Source: Bryobacterales bacterium (GTDB lineage Bacteria > Acidobacteriota > Terriglobia > Bryobacterales > UBA6623). Taken from it: a stretch of DNA of 64,000 nucleotides. Positions 1-11,200 of this stretch are shown here, piece after piece. Made by a program: the position numbers and the translations under genes. The notes under the pieces were generated by a model, which was not told where the DNA came from, ran no database searches, and saw only the letters and a list, made by a program, of their open reading frames with translations. Where the stretch lies: positions 640,001 through 704,000 of the forward strand of contig OY729427.2 of NCBI GenBank assembly GCA_963422375.2, written 5' to 3'. Every line of letters begins with the position of its first letter. The stretch's first letter is position 1.

Positions 1-364
1 CGCCGTCCAGCGGGGCACCGCTGGCGTTCAGCCACACCACAGTGCGGAAGCGGGCCAGCAGGGCGTCGGCGAACACCGCGCCGTTCTCGGTGTGAACCAG
101 CGACCAGCCGCGCCGGCCGGCGATCCGGCGCAGCGCCTCGACACCCGCCGCGATCCCCTCGAAGTGGCGGAACCCGTTGGTCTTGCTGAAGGCCAGCACC
201 GCGGGTCCGGCTAGCGGCGGAACGGTCGGCGGCACCGTGTCGTAATCCGCGGACGGACGGAAGGCCCGGTACACGCTGCGAACGCCCGGGTGGAAACTCG
301 CGGCGATGGCGAGGACACACAGCGCGGCGGCGCCCCAAGCGGCTATCCGAATGAGAACGCGCAT
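1..364 (-). CDS. ThuA-like domain protein, N-terminal part (runs off the window edge)
   Basis: Manual translation MRVLIRIAAWGAAALCVLAIAASF...VLAFSKTNGFRHFEGIAAG...HTENGAVF...RFRTVVWLNASG, matching the ThuA-like 'VLxFSKTxGFRH' motif after a signal/TM segment. Confidence 0.8.
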   Translation of the reverse strand, partial: MRVLIRIAAWGAAALCVLAIAASFHPGVRSVYRAFRPSADYDTVPPTVPPLAGPAVLAFSKTNGFRHFEGIAAGVEALRRIAGRRGWSLVHTENGAVFADALLARFRTVVWLNASGAPLDG

Positions 365-676
365 GCAGACCTCCGGCCATGGGTGCGGGCAGCGCACCGA
401 ATCGCCCCGCGCGACGGTCGGCAGCCGCCGCGCTCAGCAGTCCAGGCAGGGCCCCGCGGAGCGCGTCAGCGAAGCTCGCTACCGGCCGGTGGCAACTCCC
501 GCCGCAAGTCGGTATTCTAGATCATGGGGCATGCGTGTCCGAGCCTGCGGCTCGGAGCCGCCGTTCCTAGGGAGGAACGCGGGTCGCGCTCGCTCTAGCT
601 CCGCAGGTCCTTGGCTGCACTGCGTCGGCAGGCCGGTGCCGGTGCTGCGGCAGCTCGCGACCCAAGGGGGTTCGCC

Positions 677-2143
677 ATGGGCAAGGTCACTGGATTCATG
701 GAATTCGAGCGCCGGGCGACGCCGTACCGGCAGGTCGGGGAGCGGGTGCGTGACTGGAACGAGGTCATGGACCGTCTCGACGAGTCCGAGCTCCGCGTCC
801 AAGGGGCCCGGTGCATGGACTGCGGCATTCCGTTCTGCCACACCGGCTGCCCGATCAACAACATCATTCCCGACTGGAACGACCTCGTCTACCGCGGGCG
901 CTGGGCCGAGGCGCTGCGAGTGCTGCATTCGACGAACAACTTCCCCGAGTTCACCGGGCGCATCTGCCCGGCACCGTGCGAGGCAGCCTGCGTCCTCGGA
1001 ATCAACAGCGATCCGGTCTCGATCAAGTCGATCGAGAAGGCTATCGCCGACCGGGGCTGGCAGGAGGGCTGGATCAAGCCGGAGGTTCCGCGGGTCCGCT
1101 CGGGCAAGCGGGTCGCCGTGGTCGGCTCGGGGCCTGCGGGGCTCGCCGCAGCGCAGCAGCTCAACCGGGCCGGTCACCGGGTTACCGTGTTCGAGAAGAA
1201 CGAGCTGCCGGGCGGGCTGCTCGTGCTCGGGATTCCCGACTTCAAGATGGAGAAGCATCTGGTGGCGCGGCGCGTGGACCAGATGGAGGCGGAGGGCATC
1301 GAGTTCCGATGCGGAACCCACGTGGGCGAGACGCTGGAAGCGGCGAGACTCGTGGCGGAGTTCGACGCGGTGCTGCTGTGCATCGGGTCGGAGCATCCCC
1401 GGGACTTGCCGATCCCCGGCCGCAACCTCTCCGGCATCCACTTCGCGATGAACTTCCTGCCGCAGCAGAACCGGCGCGTGGCCGGGAGGTCGGTCGACCG
1501 CAGCTTCGATCTCACCGCCAGGGGCAAGCACGTGGTGATCATCGGCGGCGGCGACACCGGCGCCGACTGCCTCGGCACCTCCCGGCGACAGGGAGCGGCG
1601 GGCATCCACCAGTTCGAGCTGCTGCCGAAGCCGCCGGCCAGCCGGGACGATCCGGGAGGCATGCCCTGGCCAAACTGGCCGTTCACGTTCAAGGTCGAGA
1701 GCTCGCACGAGGAAGGAGACGTGCGCGACTACGCGGTCAACACGCAGGAATTCCTCGGCGACGGCAACGGGAACGTGCGGTCCCTGCGCGCCGTGCGCTT
1801 GCGCTGGCCCGAGCCGGATCCGATCACGGGCCGCCGCCCGTTCCGGTTCGATCCAATCCCGGGATCGGAGTTCGAGGTGCCCGCGGACCTGGTGCTACTC
1901 GCGATGGGCTTCCTCCACCCCGTGCATGAAGGCCTCCTCGAGCAGCTGGGCGTCGATAAGGACAGCCGGGGCAACGTGCGCGCCGGATACGGGGAGTTCC
2001 AGACTTCCGTGCCCAAGGTATTCTCCGCAGGCGACGCCCGGCGCGGCCAGTCGCTGGTCGTCTGGGCCATCGCCGAAGGGCGCAAGGCCGCCCGGGCCAT
2101 CGACATCCGCCTGACCGGCTCGAGCGACCTGCCGGCGCACTGA
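677..2143 (+). CDS. gltD: Glutamate synthase small (beta) subunit
   Basis: [79 protein letters not shown]-like AAGGGGG upstream. Confidence 0.95.
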   Translation: MGKVTGFMEFERRATPYRQVGERVRDWNEVMDRLDESELRVQGARCMDCGIPFCHTGCPINNIIPDWNDLVYRGRWAEALRVLHSTNNFPEFTGRICPAPCEAACVLGINSDPVSIKSIEKAIADRGWQEGWIKPEVPRVRSGKRVAVVGSGPAGLAAAQQLNRAGHRVTVFEKNELPGGLLVLGIPDFKMEKHLVARRVDQMEAEGIEFRCGTHVGETLEAARLVAEFDAVLLCIGSEHPRDLPIPGRNLSGIHFAMNFLPQQNRRVAGRSVDRSFDLTARGKHVVIIGGGDTGADCLGTSRRQGAAGIHQFELLPKPPASRDDPGGMPWPNWPFTFKVESSHEEGDVRDYAVNTQEFLGDGNGNVRSLRAVRLRWPEPDPITGRRPFRFDPIPGSEFEVPADLVLLAMGFLHPVHEGLLEQLGVDKDSRGNVRAGYGEFQTSVPKVFSAGDARRGQSLVVWAIAEGRKAARAIDIRLTGSSDLPAH

Positions 2144-2159
2144 GGGCGCCGCGGACCCG

Positions 2160-2561
2160 CTAGCCGAACTTCTTGCGGAGGCGGGCGGCGAAGCGCCGGA
2201 CGTCGACCACGAATCGCACGTGCGTGCCCTTGCCGACGGTTTCGGTGCCGTCGGAGGCTTCGACAGCGAAGGTCACGCGGCGGCCGTCGACCTCCGCGAC
2301 GGTGGCCGTGTAGGTGACTTCCTGGCCCATCGGCGTCGCAGCGAGATGCTCGACGCTCACCTTCACGCCGACGCTGTCCTGGCCCTCATCGAGGCGGTTC
2401 AGGATGCCGTCGCGGCAGCAGTACTCCATGCAGCGGATCATCGAGGGCGTCGACAGCGACGGGCGAACGTCGGCACCCAGGAACGTGATGCAGTCGTCCC
2501 GGCGGACTACCCGCTTCTGCTCAAGGACGAGTCCGGGCTCCAGCACCCCGCAATCATACAT
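2160..2561 (-). CDS. Thioesterase, FlK/fluoroacetyl-CoA thioesterase-like hotdog fold
   Basis: LSTPSMI..ME, SVGVKVSVEHLAATPMG, GTHVRFVVD..RF motifs. Confidence 0.85.
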   Translation of the reverse strand: MYDCGVLEPGLVLEQKRVVRRDDCITFLGADVRPSLSTPSMIRCMEYCCRDGILNRLDEGQDSVGVKVSVEHLAATPMGQEVTYTATVAEVDGRRVTFAVEASDGTETVGKGTHVRFVVDVRRFAARLRKKFG

Positions 2562-2595
2562 CGGGCCGCGCCGCTACCCGTATAATCGAGTCCCC

Positions 2596-3090
2596 ATGCC
2601 TGCCACGACACGCCGACAGGCGCTCGTCACGATTGCCGCCGGGCTTTCCGCAGGGGGCCTGTCGGCGCAGCGGGAATACGAGCCGCGCACGTTCTCGCGG
2701 GAGGACTACGACCTGCTCGGAGAGCTGGTCGAGATGATCCTGCCCGCGACCGACACGCCCGGCGCCCGCGAGGCGGGAGTCCACGCCATGCTCGACGAGG
2801 ATCTGGCGAAGGACGCGAAGGCGCGGGGCGTCCTAGCCGACGGGATGGCCCGGCTGCGGGCGGAGGGCTTCGCGGAAATGAGCGAGCAGCGCCGCGTCGC
2901 GGCGCTGACCCGCTGCAGCGAATCGACGGGCGATGACCGGGCGTTCTTCGAGACTCTCAAGGGCCTGACCATCGACGCCTACTACTCGACCGAGACCGGG
3001 CTGGTCGACGAGCTCGGCTACCAAGGCAACACCTACCTTGCCGAGTTCCCCGGCTGCACGCACGACCACGACCTAGAGGACGCCGGCTAG
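2596..3090 (+). CDS. Gluconate 2-dehydrogenase subunit 3 family protein (Tat-like leader)
   Basis: TRRQAL leader, [24 protein letters not shown]; stop overlaps the start of the GMC gene; TATAAT at 2581. Confidence 0.85.
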   Translation: MPATTRRQALVTIAAGLSAGGLSAQREYEPRTFSREDYDLLGELVEMILPATDTPGAREAGVHAMLDEDLAKDAKARGVLADGMARLRAEGFAEMSEQRRVAALTRCSESTGDDRAFFETLKGLTIDAYYSTETGLVDELGYQGNTYLAEFPGCTHDHDLEDAG

Positions 3091-4724
3091 TGCCCCAGCA
3101 CGAATACGACGTCGTCGTCGTCGGCAGCGGGGCGGGTGGCGGGATGGCCGCCTGGAACCTGACCCGCAAGGGCGCGAAGGTGCTGATGCTGGAGGCCGGC
3201 GCGAGATTCGACCCAGCTACCTTCTGGTCCCACGTCAAGCCCTGGGAGGCGCGAGAGCGCCGCCGACGCGGCGAGCGGAGCCCTGCGTTCGAGTCCCTGC
3301 CGCTCCGCGAGAGCCCTTACGAGACGCCCGAGGGGCAGAGCTTCCTGCTGCGGCGCGTCTGGGGAGTCGGCGGCAAGACCAACATCTGGGGGCGCGTCTC
3401 GCTCCGCTACGGCGACCTGAACTTCTCCGAGCCCGCGGTCGACGGTTGGGAGATCCCCTGGCCGCTGAAGTACAGCGACATCGCCCCGTACTACGACCGC
3501 GTCGAAAGGCTGATCGGGGTGTGCGGCGGGGAGGACGCCTCGGACTTCCTGCCGGGGTCGCCACACCACCTGCCCCCTCCGAAACTCCGCTGCGGGGAGG
3601 TCCTGTTGCGCATGGGGGCCAGGAAGGCCGGCTACACCGTGGTGCCCGGCCGCCGCGCCGTCCTGACCAAGGACTACAACGGGCGGGCGAAATGCCATTT
3701 CTGCGGAGCCTGCGGCAGGGGCTGCGACATCGGCGCGTTCTTCAACTCCCCGGACTACCTGCTGGCGGACGCCTTCGCCACCGGCAACCTGACGCTGCGC
3801 GAGAACGCGATCGTGTCCCACATTCTGGCGGGCGACGACGGCAGGGCCAGCGGCGTGCGCTACTTCGAGCGGCTGACCGGCGCGGAACGGACCGTGCCGG
3901 CCCAGCGGGTCGTGCTGGCCGCTTCCGCCGTCGATTCGACGCGGATCCTGCTCAATTCCAAGTCCCCGGCCTACCCCAACGGGCTCGGCAACGGCGCGGA
4001 CGTGATCGGCCGCTACCTCTGCGAGCAGTTCCGGTTCCACGTGCAGGCCTTCGCGCCGCAGCTGTACGGGCGGCCCGCCACGAACGACGACGGCATTTCG
4101 GGCGGCCACATCTACATCCCGCGCTTCGAGCGACCGGACCAAAAGCGCGACTACATGCGAGGCTTCGGAATCCAGCTCTGGGGCATCGGCTGCGGCAGCA
4201 ACGGTCAGTTCGCGAGGCGGATGCCGGGCTTCGGGGCGGACTTGAAGAAGGAGGTGCGCAAGCGCTACCCGGCCCTCATCCAGCTGCATCCGTACGGCGA
4301 GGTGCTGCCCTACCGGCACAACCGCATCAGCGTCGAGGGCACGCATCCCGACCGCTTCGGCGTGCCGACAATCCGCATAGACTACAGGCTGGGCGAGAAC
4401 GAAGCCAAGATGATTCCGCGCATGTACGACGTGGTGGAAGACATTCTGCACGCGATGAAGGCCGAGCCCCTGCCGTACAAGCGGGGGGCGCTGGACGAGC
4501 TCGGGGCGGCGATCCACGAGCACGGCACCTGCCGGATGGGCGACGATCCCAGACGCTCGGCACTCAACGGCTACATGCAGATGCACGAGGTGCCGAACGT
4601 GTTCGTGACTGACGGCAGCGCGTTCCCGACGCCGACCGAAAAGAACCCGACCCTGACGCTGCTGGCCCTGACGTGGAGAGCGACCGACTATATGGCAGAG
4701 GAGATGCGCGCCAGGAGCATCTGA
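3090..4724 (+). CDS. GMC family FAD oxidoreductase
   Basis: [45 protein letters not shown]. Confidence 0.92.
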   Translation: MPQHEYDVVVVGSGAGGGMAAWNLTRKGAKVLMLEAGARFDPATFWSHVKPWEARERRRRGERSPAFESLPLRESPYETPEGQSFLLRRVWGVGGKTNIWGRVSLRYGDLNFSEPAVDGWEIPWPLKYSDIAPYYDRVERLIGVCGGEDASDFLPGSPHHLPPPKLRCGEVLLRMGARKAGYTVVPGRRAVLTKDYNGRAKCHFCGACGRGCDIGAFFNSPDYLLADAFATGNLTLRENAIVSHILAGDDGRASGVRYFERLTGAERTVPAQRVVLAASAVDSTRILLNSKSPAYPNGLGNGADVIGRYLCEQFRFHVQAFAPQLYGRPATNDDGISGGHIYIPRFERPDQKRDYMRGFGIQLWGIGCGSNGQFARRMPGFGADLKKEVRKRYPALIQLHPYGEVLPYRHNRISVEGTHPDRFGVPTIRIDYRLGENEAKMIPRMYDVVEDILHAMKAEPLPYKRGALDELGAAIHEHGTCRMGDDPRRSALNGYMQMHEVPNVFVTDGSAFPTPTEKNPTLTLLALTWRATDYMAEEMRARSI

Positions 4725-4748
4725 TCGGGCTCTCTTCCCCGCCCCGTC

Positions 4749-6404
4749 TCAGCTCGTTGCCAGCTGCAGGGCCGTGTAGGATCGGGCCGGCAGCCTGACG
4801 GTCATGCGGGTGCCGGGCGCGGGGGCGTCGAACGCGCGGCCCGCGACGCGGGTCGGCTCCTCGAACGTGTTCACGGCCTTCAGGTCGGGCCCGGTGATCG
4901 TCTCCGCCCGGACGACCTTGGCGGGCGTCAGGTCGTGGAAGCGGATCTCCACGTCGCGGTCCTGGTCCAAGTCGCGGTTCAGCATGAGCAGGCTGCAATG
5001 ACCGGCCTCCGGATCGAGCGTTGCCGCCACGTCGAGGAACGGAGCGCTCTCGGGGCGCGTCGCGGGCGCGCCCACGTAGTCCGCGGCGTACTCGCGCTCG
5101 ATCGGGTACGTCTCCGACTCGACAAGCACGTCCAGCACGTCGCCCTTGGCGTACTGGATGCCCCAGGCGTAGGGATAGTAGATGGTCTGCCGCAGCACGC
5201 TCTCCCTGTTGGTGACGAGCGCGGCGATGACGTTGATGATCTGGGCCAAGCAGCCGATCCGGACACGCTTGGCCTGGCGCAGGAGAGTGTTGACCATACC
5301 TCCCGCCAGCAGCGCGTCCTCGAGGTTGTAAACCTCCTCCAGCAAGGGCGGGGCGAAGCGGCCGCGGCCGTTCACATGCTCTTGCGCACGGGCCCGGTAC
5401 CAGACGTTCCACTCGTCGAAGGAGAGCCACAGCCGCTTGGGCGACCGAAGCAGCCCCCGGACGTAGTCGCAGACGGCGATCGTCTCTTGGATCTGTATGT
5501 CCATGTCGAGATTCAAAGCGAGAAACCGGGCCGAATCGCCGCCGGTCGCCTGCGGCGTGTTCTCGTAGTACCGATGCAACGAGAGGCCGTCCACCTCCGG
5601 GTAGCATTCCTCGAGCGTCTCGCGGTCCCAGACCAGGTAGGTCGGCATGAAGGGCCCGCTGGATCCGCAGGCGATCAGCTCGGTCGACGGATCCACCGTC
5701 CGGATCTGGCGAGCGGCGTCCCGCGCCTTGCGCCCGTACTCGCGGGCCGGCATATGGCCGATCTGCCACCATCCGTCCATCTCGTTGCCGAGGCACCAAG
5801 ACTTCACTTCATGCGGGCGCTCGTAGCCGTGCTGGCGCCGCAGGTCGCTCCAGCGAGTGCCCTTCTCGACGTTGCAGTACTCGACCAGCGCGGCCGACGT
5901 CTCCGGGGTTCCGGTCCCGAGATTGGTCGCGAGAAGCGGCTCCGTTCCTACCAGCCGGCACCAATCGATGAACTCGTTCGTGCCGAACTGATTGGTCTCG
6001 AACGAGTTCCAAGCCCGTTCCAGCACGGCGGGCCGGTCGCTCTTCGGTCCGACGCCATGCAGCCAGTCGTAGCCCGATACGAAATTCCCGCCCGGATAGC
6101 GCATGATGGGGCACCGGAGCTCCTGCATCTCGCGGACCACGTCGGAGCGGAACCCGTTGCCGTCGGCCAATGGGGAATCCGGCTCGTAGACTCCTCCGTA
6201 GATGGCGCGCCCGAGATGCTCGAGGAACGCGCCCAGCAGGCGGGGATCCATCCGGGCGCGCTTCCGGGCCGCGCTGACGGCCACGCGGGCCGTCCCGCCG
6301 GTCGACTGGGCGTAGCCGAGGCTGGCGAGCCAAGTCCCGGCCCCCAAGGCCGGCGAGGAGGCGCAGACAGCCTTCAGGAAATCGCGTCGGTTGGATTCGC
6401 TCAT
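4749..6404 (-). CDS. Alpha-L-arabinofuranosidase, GH51 (Tat signal)
   Basis: NRRDFLK Tat motif; FLEHLGRAIYGG, RYPGGNF, WCLGNEMDG.WQIGH, SFDEWNVW, LEEVYNLEDAL. Confidence 0.93.
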   Translation of the reverse strand: MSESNRRDFLKAVCASSPALGAGTWLASLGYAQSTGGTARVAVSAARKRARMDPRLLGAFLEHLGRAIYGGVYEPDSPLADGNGFRSDVVREMQELRCPIMRYPGGNFVSGYDWLHGVGPKSDRPAVLERAWNSFETNQFGTNEFIDWCRLVGTEPLLATNLGTGTPETSAALVEYCNVEKGTRWSDLRRQHGYERPHEVKSWCLGNEMDGWWQIGHMPAREYGRKARDAARQIRTVDPSTELIACGSSGPFMPTYLVWDRETLEECYPEVDGLSLHRYYENTPQATGGDSARFLALNLDMDIQIQETIAVCDYVRGLLRSPKRLWLSFDEWNVWYRARAQEHVNGRGRFAPPLLEEVYNLEDALLAGGMVNTLLRQAKRVRIGCLAQIINVIAALVTNRESVLRQTIYYPYAWGIQYAKGDVLDVLVESETYPIEREYAADYVGAPATRPESAPFLDVAATLDPEAGHCSLLMLNRDLDQDRDVEIRFHDLTPAKVVRAETITGPDLKAVNTFEEPTRVAGRAFDAPAPGTRMTVRLPARSYTALQLATS

Positions 6405-6563
6405 GGTTCCTTCGCCAGGCACGGGCCGTTCGGCACGCCGCTCCCGCCGGGACCCAGTGCAACCGCCGCACCGCCAGAGAGGGAGAGGGCCCAGCTGCGG
6501 CCCGGGCCGGTCGGGCCCTAGAATCGCAGGTCGGCCGCTCCGGAGGCAACAGGCGGAGCCCGG

Positions 6564-7310
6564 CTAGTCGACCCGGTAGGCCACGATGTTGTGAGCGGCC
6601 AGCCGCTCGCTCGCCTCGATCCGGCAGCCGCTGCGCTCCACGTGGAAGGCGAGCTCGTCGAGCGTCATGAGCTCGCGGTAGCCCAGATTCAGCTCCTCGG
6701 CGAAGGCCCGGTAGAACAGGCGCACGCCCAGCCGGTCGCGGGGACAGGCGCAGATCTGCAGGCCGCCGGGCCGCAGGAAGCGCCGGAAAAGGGCGATCAG
6801 CGACTGCTTGGCTGCATCGTCGTAGTGCTCGATCAGGCCCCAGTCGATGCCGACATCGAACGAACGAGTCGCTTGCACGCGAAAGAAGTCCTCGCGAGCG
6901 TACTCGAAGCGAGCCGTGTCCCGGCGGATCTCCACCCAGCAGGGTTCGCTCCCTCGCGGAGCCCGCGCTCGAACCACGCGGGGCGAATGCAGATAGCGCT
7001 CGTAGGCCATCGGATCGCTGTCGATGAGGAGCACGCGCCCGCCGTCGCCGAACAGCGCCTGGATGATCGCCGCCTCCCACCCGGCCTCCGCCCCGAAATG
7101 CACGATGTCAGGGTCGGGCGGCAAGGGCAGCTTGGAGAGCGCGCGGAGCTTGCCATCAAAGTCGAGAATCGCCCCGCGCCGCTGCTGCAGGAATGCCATC
7201 CAGAGTCTAAGCACGCGCTGCGGAAGACCGCAGTTCCGGTCCCGGTTCACGTCCCTCCAGCTCTGCCGGGCGAGGCGCGCGAAGTTGGCATTGAAGCCGG
7301 ACCAGTCCAT
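6564..7310 (-). CDS. Class I SAM-dependent methyltransferase (start uncertain; ORF is open to 7382)
   Basis: IVHFGAEAG motif-I-like segment, VLLID, FDVGIDWGLIEH, FLRPGG. Confidence 0.7.
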   Translation of the reverse strand: MDWSGFNANFARLARQSWRDVNRDRNCGLPQRVLRLWMAFLQQRRGAILDFDGKLRALSKLPLPPDPDIVHFGAEAGWEAAIIQALFGDGGRVLLIDSDPMAYERYLHSPRVVRARAPRGSEPCWVEIRRDTARFEYAREDFFRVQATRSFDVGIDWGLIEHYDDAAKQSLIALFRRFLRPGGLQICACPRDRLGVRLFYRAFAEELNLGYRELMTLDELAFHVERSGCRIEASERLAAHNIVAYRVD

Positions 7311-7411
7311 GCTTCCGGTCCGCTGAGGCTCCTTGACCTGCGCACGGTCGAACCGTCGCGATATAGGCACGGCTAGTCGCACCCGGGTAAGGTAGCACCC
7401 GGACCGTCGCC

Positions 7412-8110
7412 ATGGCGCCCGGACGAATCGACATTGGCGTGGTGCGCGCCGTCAGCTGGGACGTGGACGGCACGCTGTACTCGACACGCCGGGCCTCCGC
7501 GAGGCTGCGACTCGGACTGGTGTCGGCCGCGATCCGAGGAAGGGCACGGGAAAGCTGGAGGGCCGGGGTGGCCCTGCGTGCGTTCCGCCGGGGAATGGAA
7601 CGGGCCAGGTCAGAGGGCGGGACCGTGCCTCGCGACGACGAAGGTATCCAATGGCGGCTCGGCCTCGAGCGCGACTGGCTGCTGCCGGCGATCCGAGGCG
7701 CCGGGGCCCGGCCCGGGGTCCAGGCGGCGCTGAGGTTCTTGCAGACACGCGTGGAAGCCCAGGTCGCTCTCTCCGATTTCGAGTGCGGCGCCAAGATCGC
7801 CTGCCTGGGCCTAGCGGACTGCTTCGATGCCACGTACTCCGGAGAGCGCATGGGCCACATCAAGCCGAACCCCGAGCCGTTCCGGCGGATCCTGCGGGAT
7901 TTCGACCTGCCTCCGGAGTGCCTGCTGCACATCGGAGACCGCCCGGAAACGGACGGCGCGGGCGCGGAAGCCGCCGGCTGTGCAGCCCTCGTGCTTGGAC
8001 GGGACTTCCGCTCCTTCCGCGAAGTCGCAGCGGTATTCGAGACCAAGGCGGCCGCGAGAAGAGGCCCGCTTCGCTCCGCCGACCCGTCGCAGGGGCCGAC
8101 AAGACGCTGA
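7412..8110 (+). CDS. HAD-superfamily hydrolase
   Basis: WDVDGTLY, LSD, KPNPEPF and HIGDRPETD, i.e. HAD motifs I-IV. Confidence 0.9.
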   Translation: MAPGRIDIGVVRAVSWDVDGTLYSTRRASARLRLGLVSAAIRGRARESWRAGVALRAFRRGMERARSEGGTVPRDDEGIQWRLGLERDWLLPAIRGAGARPGVQAALRFLQTRVEAQVALSDFECGAKIACLGLADCFDATYSGERMGHIKPNPEPFRRILRDFDLPPECLLHIGDRPETDGAGAEAAGCAALVLGRDFRSFREVAAVFETKAAARRGPLRSADPSQGPTRR

Positions 8111-8139
8111 GGCCTGGCCCGCCGCGGCTGGGGTGGGCG

Positions 8140-9702
8140 TCAGTCGATTCCAGAGTCTTCCCACAGTCGGGGGTACAGCGGCAGGAACTTGAATTGGGAA
8201 TCGAGGCCCGCCGCTCCGCCGTCGGGTAGCCGGGCGCGCAGTTCGCGCAAGGTGACCCGCTCCAAGCGGACGCCCCCCAAGCGGCCGCTGCGACGCTTGG
8301 CGCGGTACTCGCCGTTCGCCTCTCCGAGCAACCGGTCGAACCGTTCCGCCAAGCCGGATCCAGAGCTCGCGCGCCCCTGCCCGGCCTGCACGACGACCAG
8401 CCGGTAGCACGGCAGCTCGCTTGCGGGCCGCCTGGACGGGAAGCAAGTGAGCGCGTGGCCCGCCAAGTGGCGGGAGAACTCCGAGCGCAGGCGCTCAAAG
8501 GCCAGCGACACGTGAACGCCCGTCAGCTTCTCGCCGGTGAACGAATACGCCAAGCCTCGGCGGCGCATGAATCGGAGATCGGGCAGGCCTCCCACGAATC
8601 TCTCGACTCTGAACAGGTCATCCGTGCAGTAGCGCCTGAGGCCGTAGCCATTGCTGGCCACTAGCTCGTAGACAGCGCCCACCCTGAGGCGGTCAGGGGG
8701 CAGCAGCCGCGCCGCCTCCCTCGGCCCGCCCGCCTCGAGGAATTCGCAGTACACCCCAAGCGCCGCAGGCAGGAATGCTGTCTCGGCGCAACGGAAGTCG
8801 GGAATCGTCTCGATCGTTTCCGTTGACATCGAATACATTGGGATCCGACGGAACCTGGCGGCCGGCAGGTGGCGCTCGAGGCGCTCCAAGAACGGTGCTA
8901 CGTAGCCGCCGGTCCAGCAGACATAGACTTGAACCGCGGGCGCCCAGGCGGTGATCGGCAAGCTGCCCGGGCTCGCGGCGATGCGTTGCAACCGCTCGCG
9001 GTATCCGCGCGACGCCAGCCGACGCGCCACACGGAGCAAGTCGGTCTCCATACCCGTCGAGCGGCCCGTCCAATCCCGGACCAGAGCAGTGCAGCGCTGC
9101 CAGTCGTCCTCGAGTTGGTCAAAGAATGCTGACAGTGTCGACGGGTTGGTGCTGTACAGGACGCCGGGATTCGACAGGGCCAGCACCCACAGCCGAACCG
9201 CGGCTGCTCCGTATGTTGCCCTGAGAAGGCGGAGCTCCGGCGTGGCGTGGATGCGGTAGGGAGCTTGGAGCGTGGACAGGTAGGACGGCCGGCCGCCCTC
9301 GGTCAGCAGCAAGCCGCTTAACGACCCATCGTCATCCAGAGGGCCGAAGACATACAAGCTGGTACGCCTAACCCGGAGCGCCCGGTAGGCCCGCAGGAAC
9401 GAATCGACAAACACCCAGCGAACCGCAGCGAGCCGTCGACGGCTATACGCCACCCGCTTCGGCTCGCCGCTCGTCCCCGACGTCTGGGCGATCCTCGACG
9501 AGCGATTCGATTGGTCCCCGAGTTCGGCAACGCGGCTCGTCAGCGGCGTGTCGCGGCCAATCCCCAAGCGTCGGCGCAGCCGGGAACGGCTCGGCCCGTG
9601 CCGAGCGATGCGCACACGGTGCATGGCCTCGGCAAGAGCTCCTCCGCACCGCAATGCCAGGCCGATCAGGAACTGGCAGCCGTCATTGGAGACCGAGAAC
9701 AT
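8140..9702 (-). CDS. GH3 auxin-responsive-promoter family protein (adenylate-forming acyl-amido synthetase); start uncertain
   Basis: TSGTSGEPK, YSMSTE, YELVASNGYGLRRYCTDD, SFTGEKLT, N.EY..KRR, QFK motifs typical of GH3. Confidence 0.85.
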   Translation of the reverse strand: MFSVSNDGCQFLIGLALRCGGALAEAMHRVRIARHGPSRSRLRRRLGIGRDTPLTSRVAELGDQSNRSSRIAQTSGTSGEPKRVAYSRRRLAAVRWVFVDSFLRAYRALRVRRTSLYVFGPLDDDGSLSGLLLTEGGRPSYLSTLQAPYRIHATPELRLLRATYGAAAVRLWVLALSNPGVLYSTNPSTLSAFFDQLEDDWQRCTALVRDWTGRSTGMETDLLRVARRLASRGYRERLQRIAASPGSLPITAWAPAVQVYVCWTGGYVAPFLERLERHLPAARFRRIPMYSMSTETIETIPDFRCAETAFLPAALGVYCEFLEAGGPREAARLLPPDRLRVGAVYELVASNGYGLRRYCTDDLFRVERFVGGLPDLRFMRRRGLAYSFTGEKLTGVHVSLAFERLRSEFSRHLAGHALTCFPSRRPASELPCYRLVVVQAGQGRASSGSGLAERFDRLLGEANGEYRAKRRSGRLGGVRLERVTLRELRARLPDGGAAGLDSQFKFLPLYPRLWEDSGID

Positions 9703-10121
9703 CGCGTCTCCGGCACTCCTGAGGGCGGAGTCCAGGCCCGTCCGTCGGTCGAGCGATCCCACTGCCAGCAATTCTCGGGAGGCGCGGCCCGTCGAAGTCG
9801 ATCCGGCCGCGGCCCGCCTGCTATCGAATTGTAGGGGCGGCCGATGCAGCGCATGCGGGGAGCGCGACGATTCCTCCTGTCAGTGGCCGGACCCGAACAG
9901 CCGATTCGCCCAGCTACAGACCAGGCGGTTCGGATGCAACATCGAGGTCCGAGACTGCGCACTTCCCAAGATGCAACATCGGAAGCGTGGTAGCTCCCAT
10001 GCCGCTCGGGCAGGCATCCGTTGCCGCTTTTCCAAGCGCGTTGCTGATCATGCATTCTCCGTCTGGTGCAGACTGACGCAACGACTGACGCAACGATGTT
10101 CATGCGTGCAGATCAATAACT

Positions 10122-11200
10122 TTCCTGATTACCAACGAACGTCAGCCGAGGATATGCTATACTGGAGGAGGTCGGAAATCTCTGCCAGGAAAGGGGATAG
10201 CAGATGAAACGCAATCGCGTGCAATTCCAGCAGGGACTCAGCCTGCGCAAGTTCCTGCAGCGCTACGGCAGCGAGGGGCCATGCGAGCACGCCGTCTTCA
10301 ACGCCCGCTGGCCGGACGGCGGCCGGACGGCTTCCGCTGCCCGGAGTGCGGCTCCCGACGGCACTGCCGCATCCGCTCCCGCAAGCTCCGGCAGTGCCAT
10401 GCCTGCCACCGCCGGACCTCCCTCGTCGCCGGCACGATCTTGGCCGCCACCAAGCTGCCGCTGACCGTCCGGTTCCTGGCGATCCACCTGCTGACGCAGG
10501 GCCAGTACGGCGTTTCGTCGCTGGAACTGGCGCGGCAGCTGGGCGTGAGCCGGAACACGGCTTGGAAGGTGCAGCACAAGCTCCTGCCAGTGCTGAAGGA
10601 GCGCGACGAGCGCGTGCCGTCGGGCGGCATCGTGCAGGTGGACGATGCCTGCTGGGGCCTACTGGGGCGGGGAGCGGACCGGCGGCACGCGCGGTCGCGG
10701 CGCGGCGGGCCAGACGCCGTTCGTCGCCGCCGTGCAGGTCACAGCCGCCGGCAAGCCGGCAAGGATGCGCCTGAGCAGCGTGGCCAGCGTGGCGGGCTTC
10801 CGCAAGAAGACACTGGCAGCGTGGGCCGGGCGGCACTTGCAGCCCGGCACGGAGGTGCATCCCGACGGCCCGGCCTGCTTGCGGGGCGTGGCCAACGCCG
10901 GCTGCGAGCACGTGCCGACCGTCACCGGAGGCGGGCAGCGGAGCTGCGGGGATTCCCGCTTCGTCCGGGTCAACGTCCGGGTCAACACGATGCCGGCGAA
11001 CGTCAAGCAGTCCCTGGCGGGAACCTGCCATTCGTTCGACGGCAAGCACCTGCCGCGGTACCTCGCCGAGTTCCGCTACCGCTTCAACCGCCGCTACGAC
11101 CTGGAGGCGCTGGTCCCCCGCCTGCTCCACGCCTCCGTGCGCACCCCGCCCAGGCCTTACCGCCTCCTAGCCTTGGCTGAGTCTTGTGGGTAATCAGGAA
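10122..11200 (+). mobile_element. IS1595-family element (ISXo2-like), degenerate; transposase pseudogene about 10204-11193
   Basis: Imperfect 26-bp TIRs TTCCTGATTACC..TCAGCC / GGCTGA..GGTAATCAGGAA; Zn ribbon CPEC..CHAC, TKLPL, VQVDDA, KHLPRYLAEF.YRFNRR split over three frames. Confidence 0.9.

Noticed and set aside
560..580. Glutamine (glnA) riboswitch upstream of gltD
   Set aside because: The CGTTC..GGAACG stem closes a short loop and lacks the three-way junction
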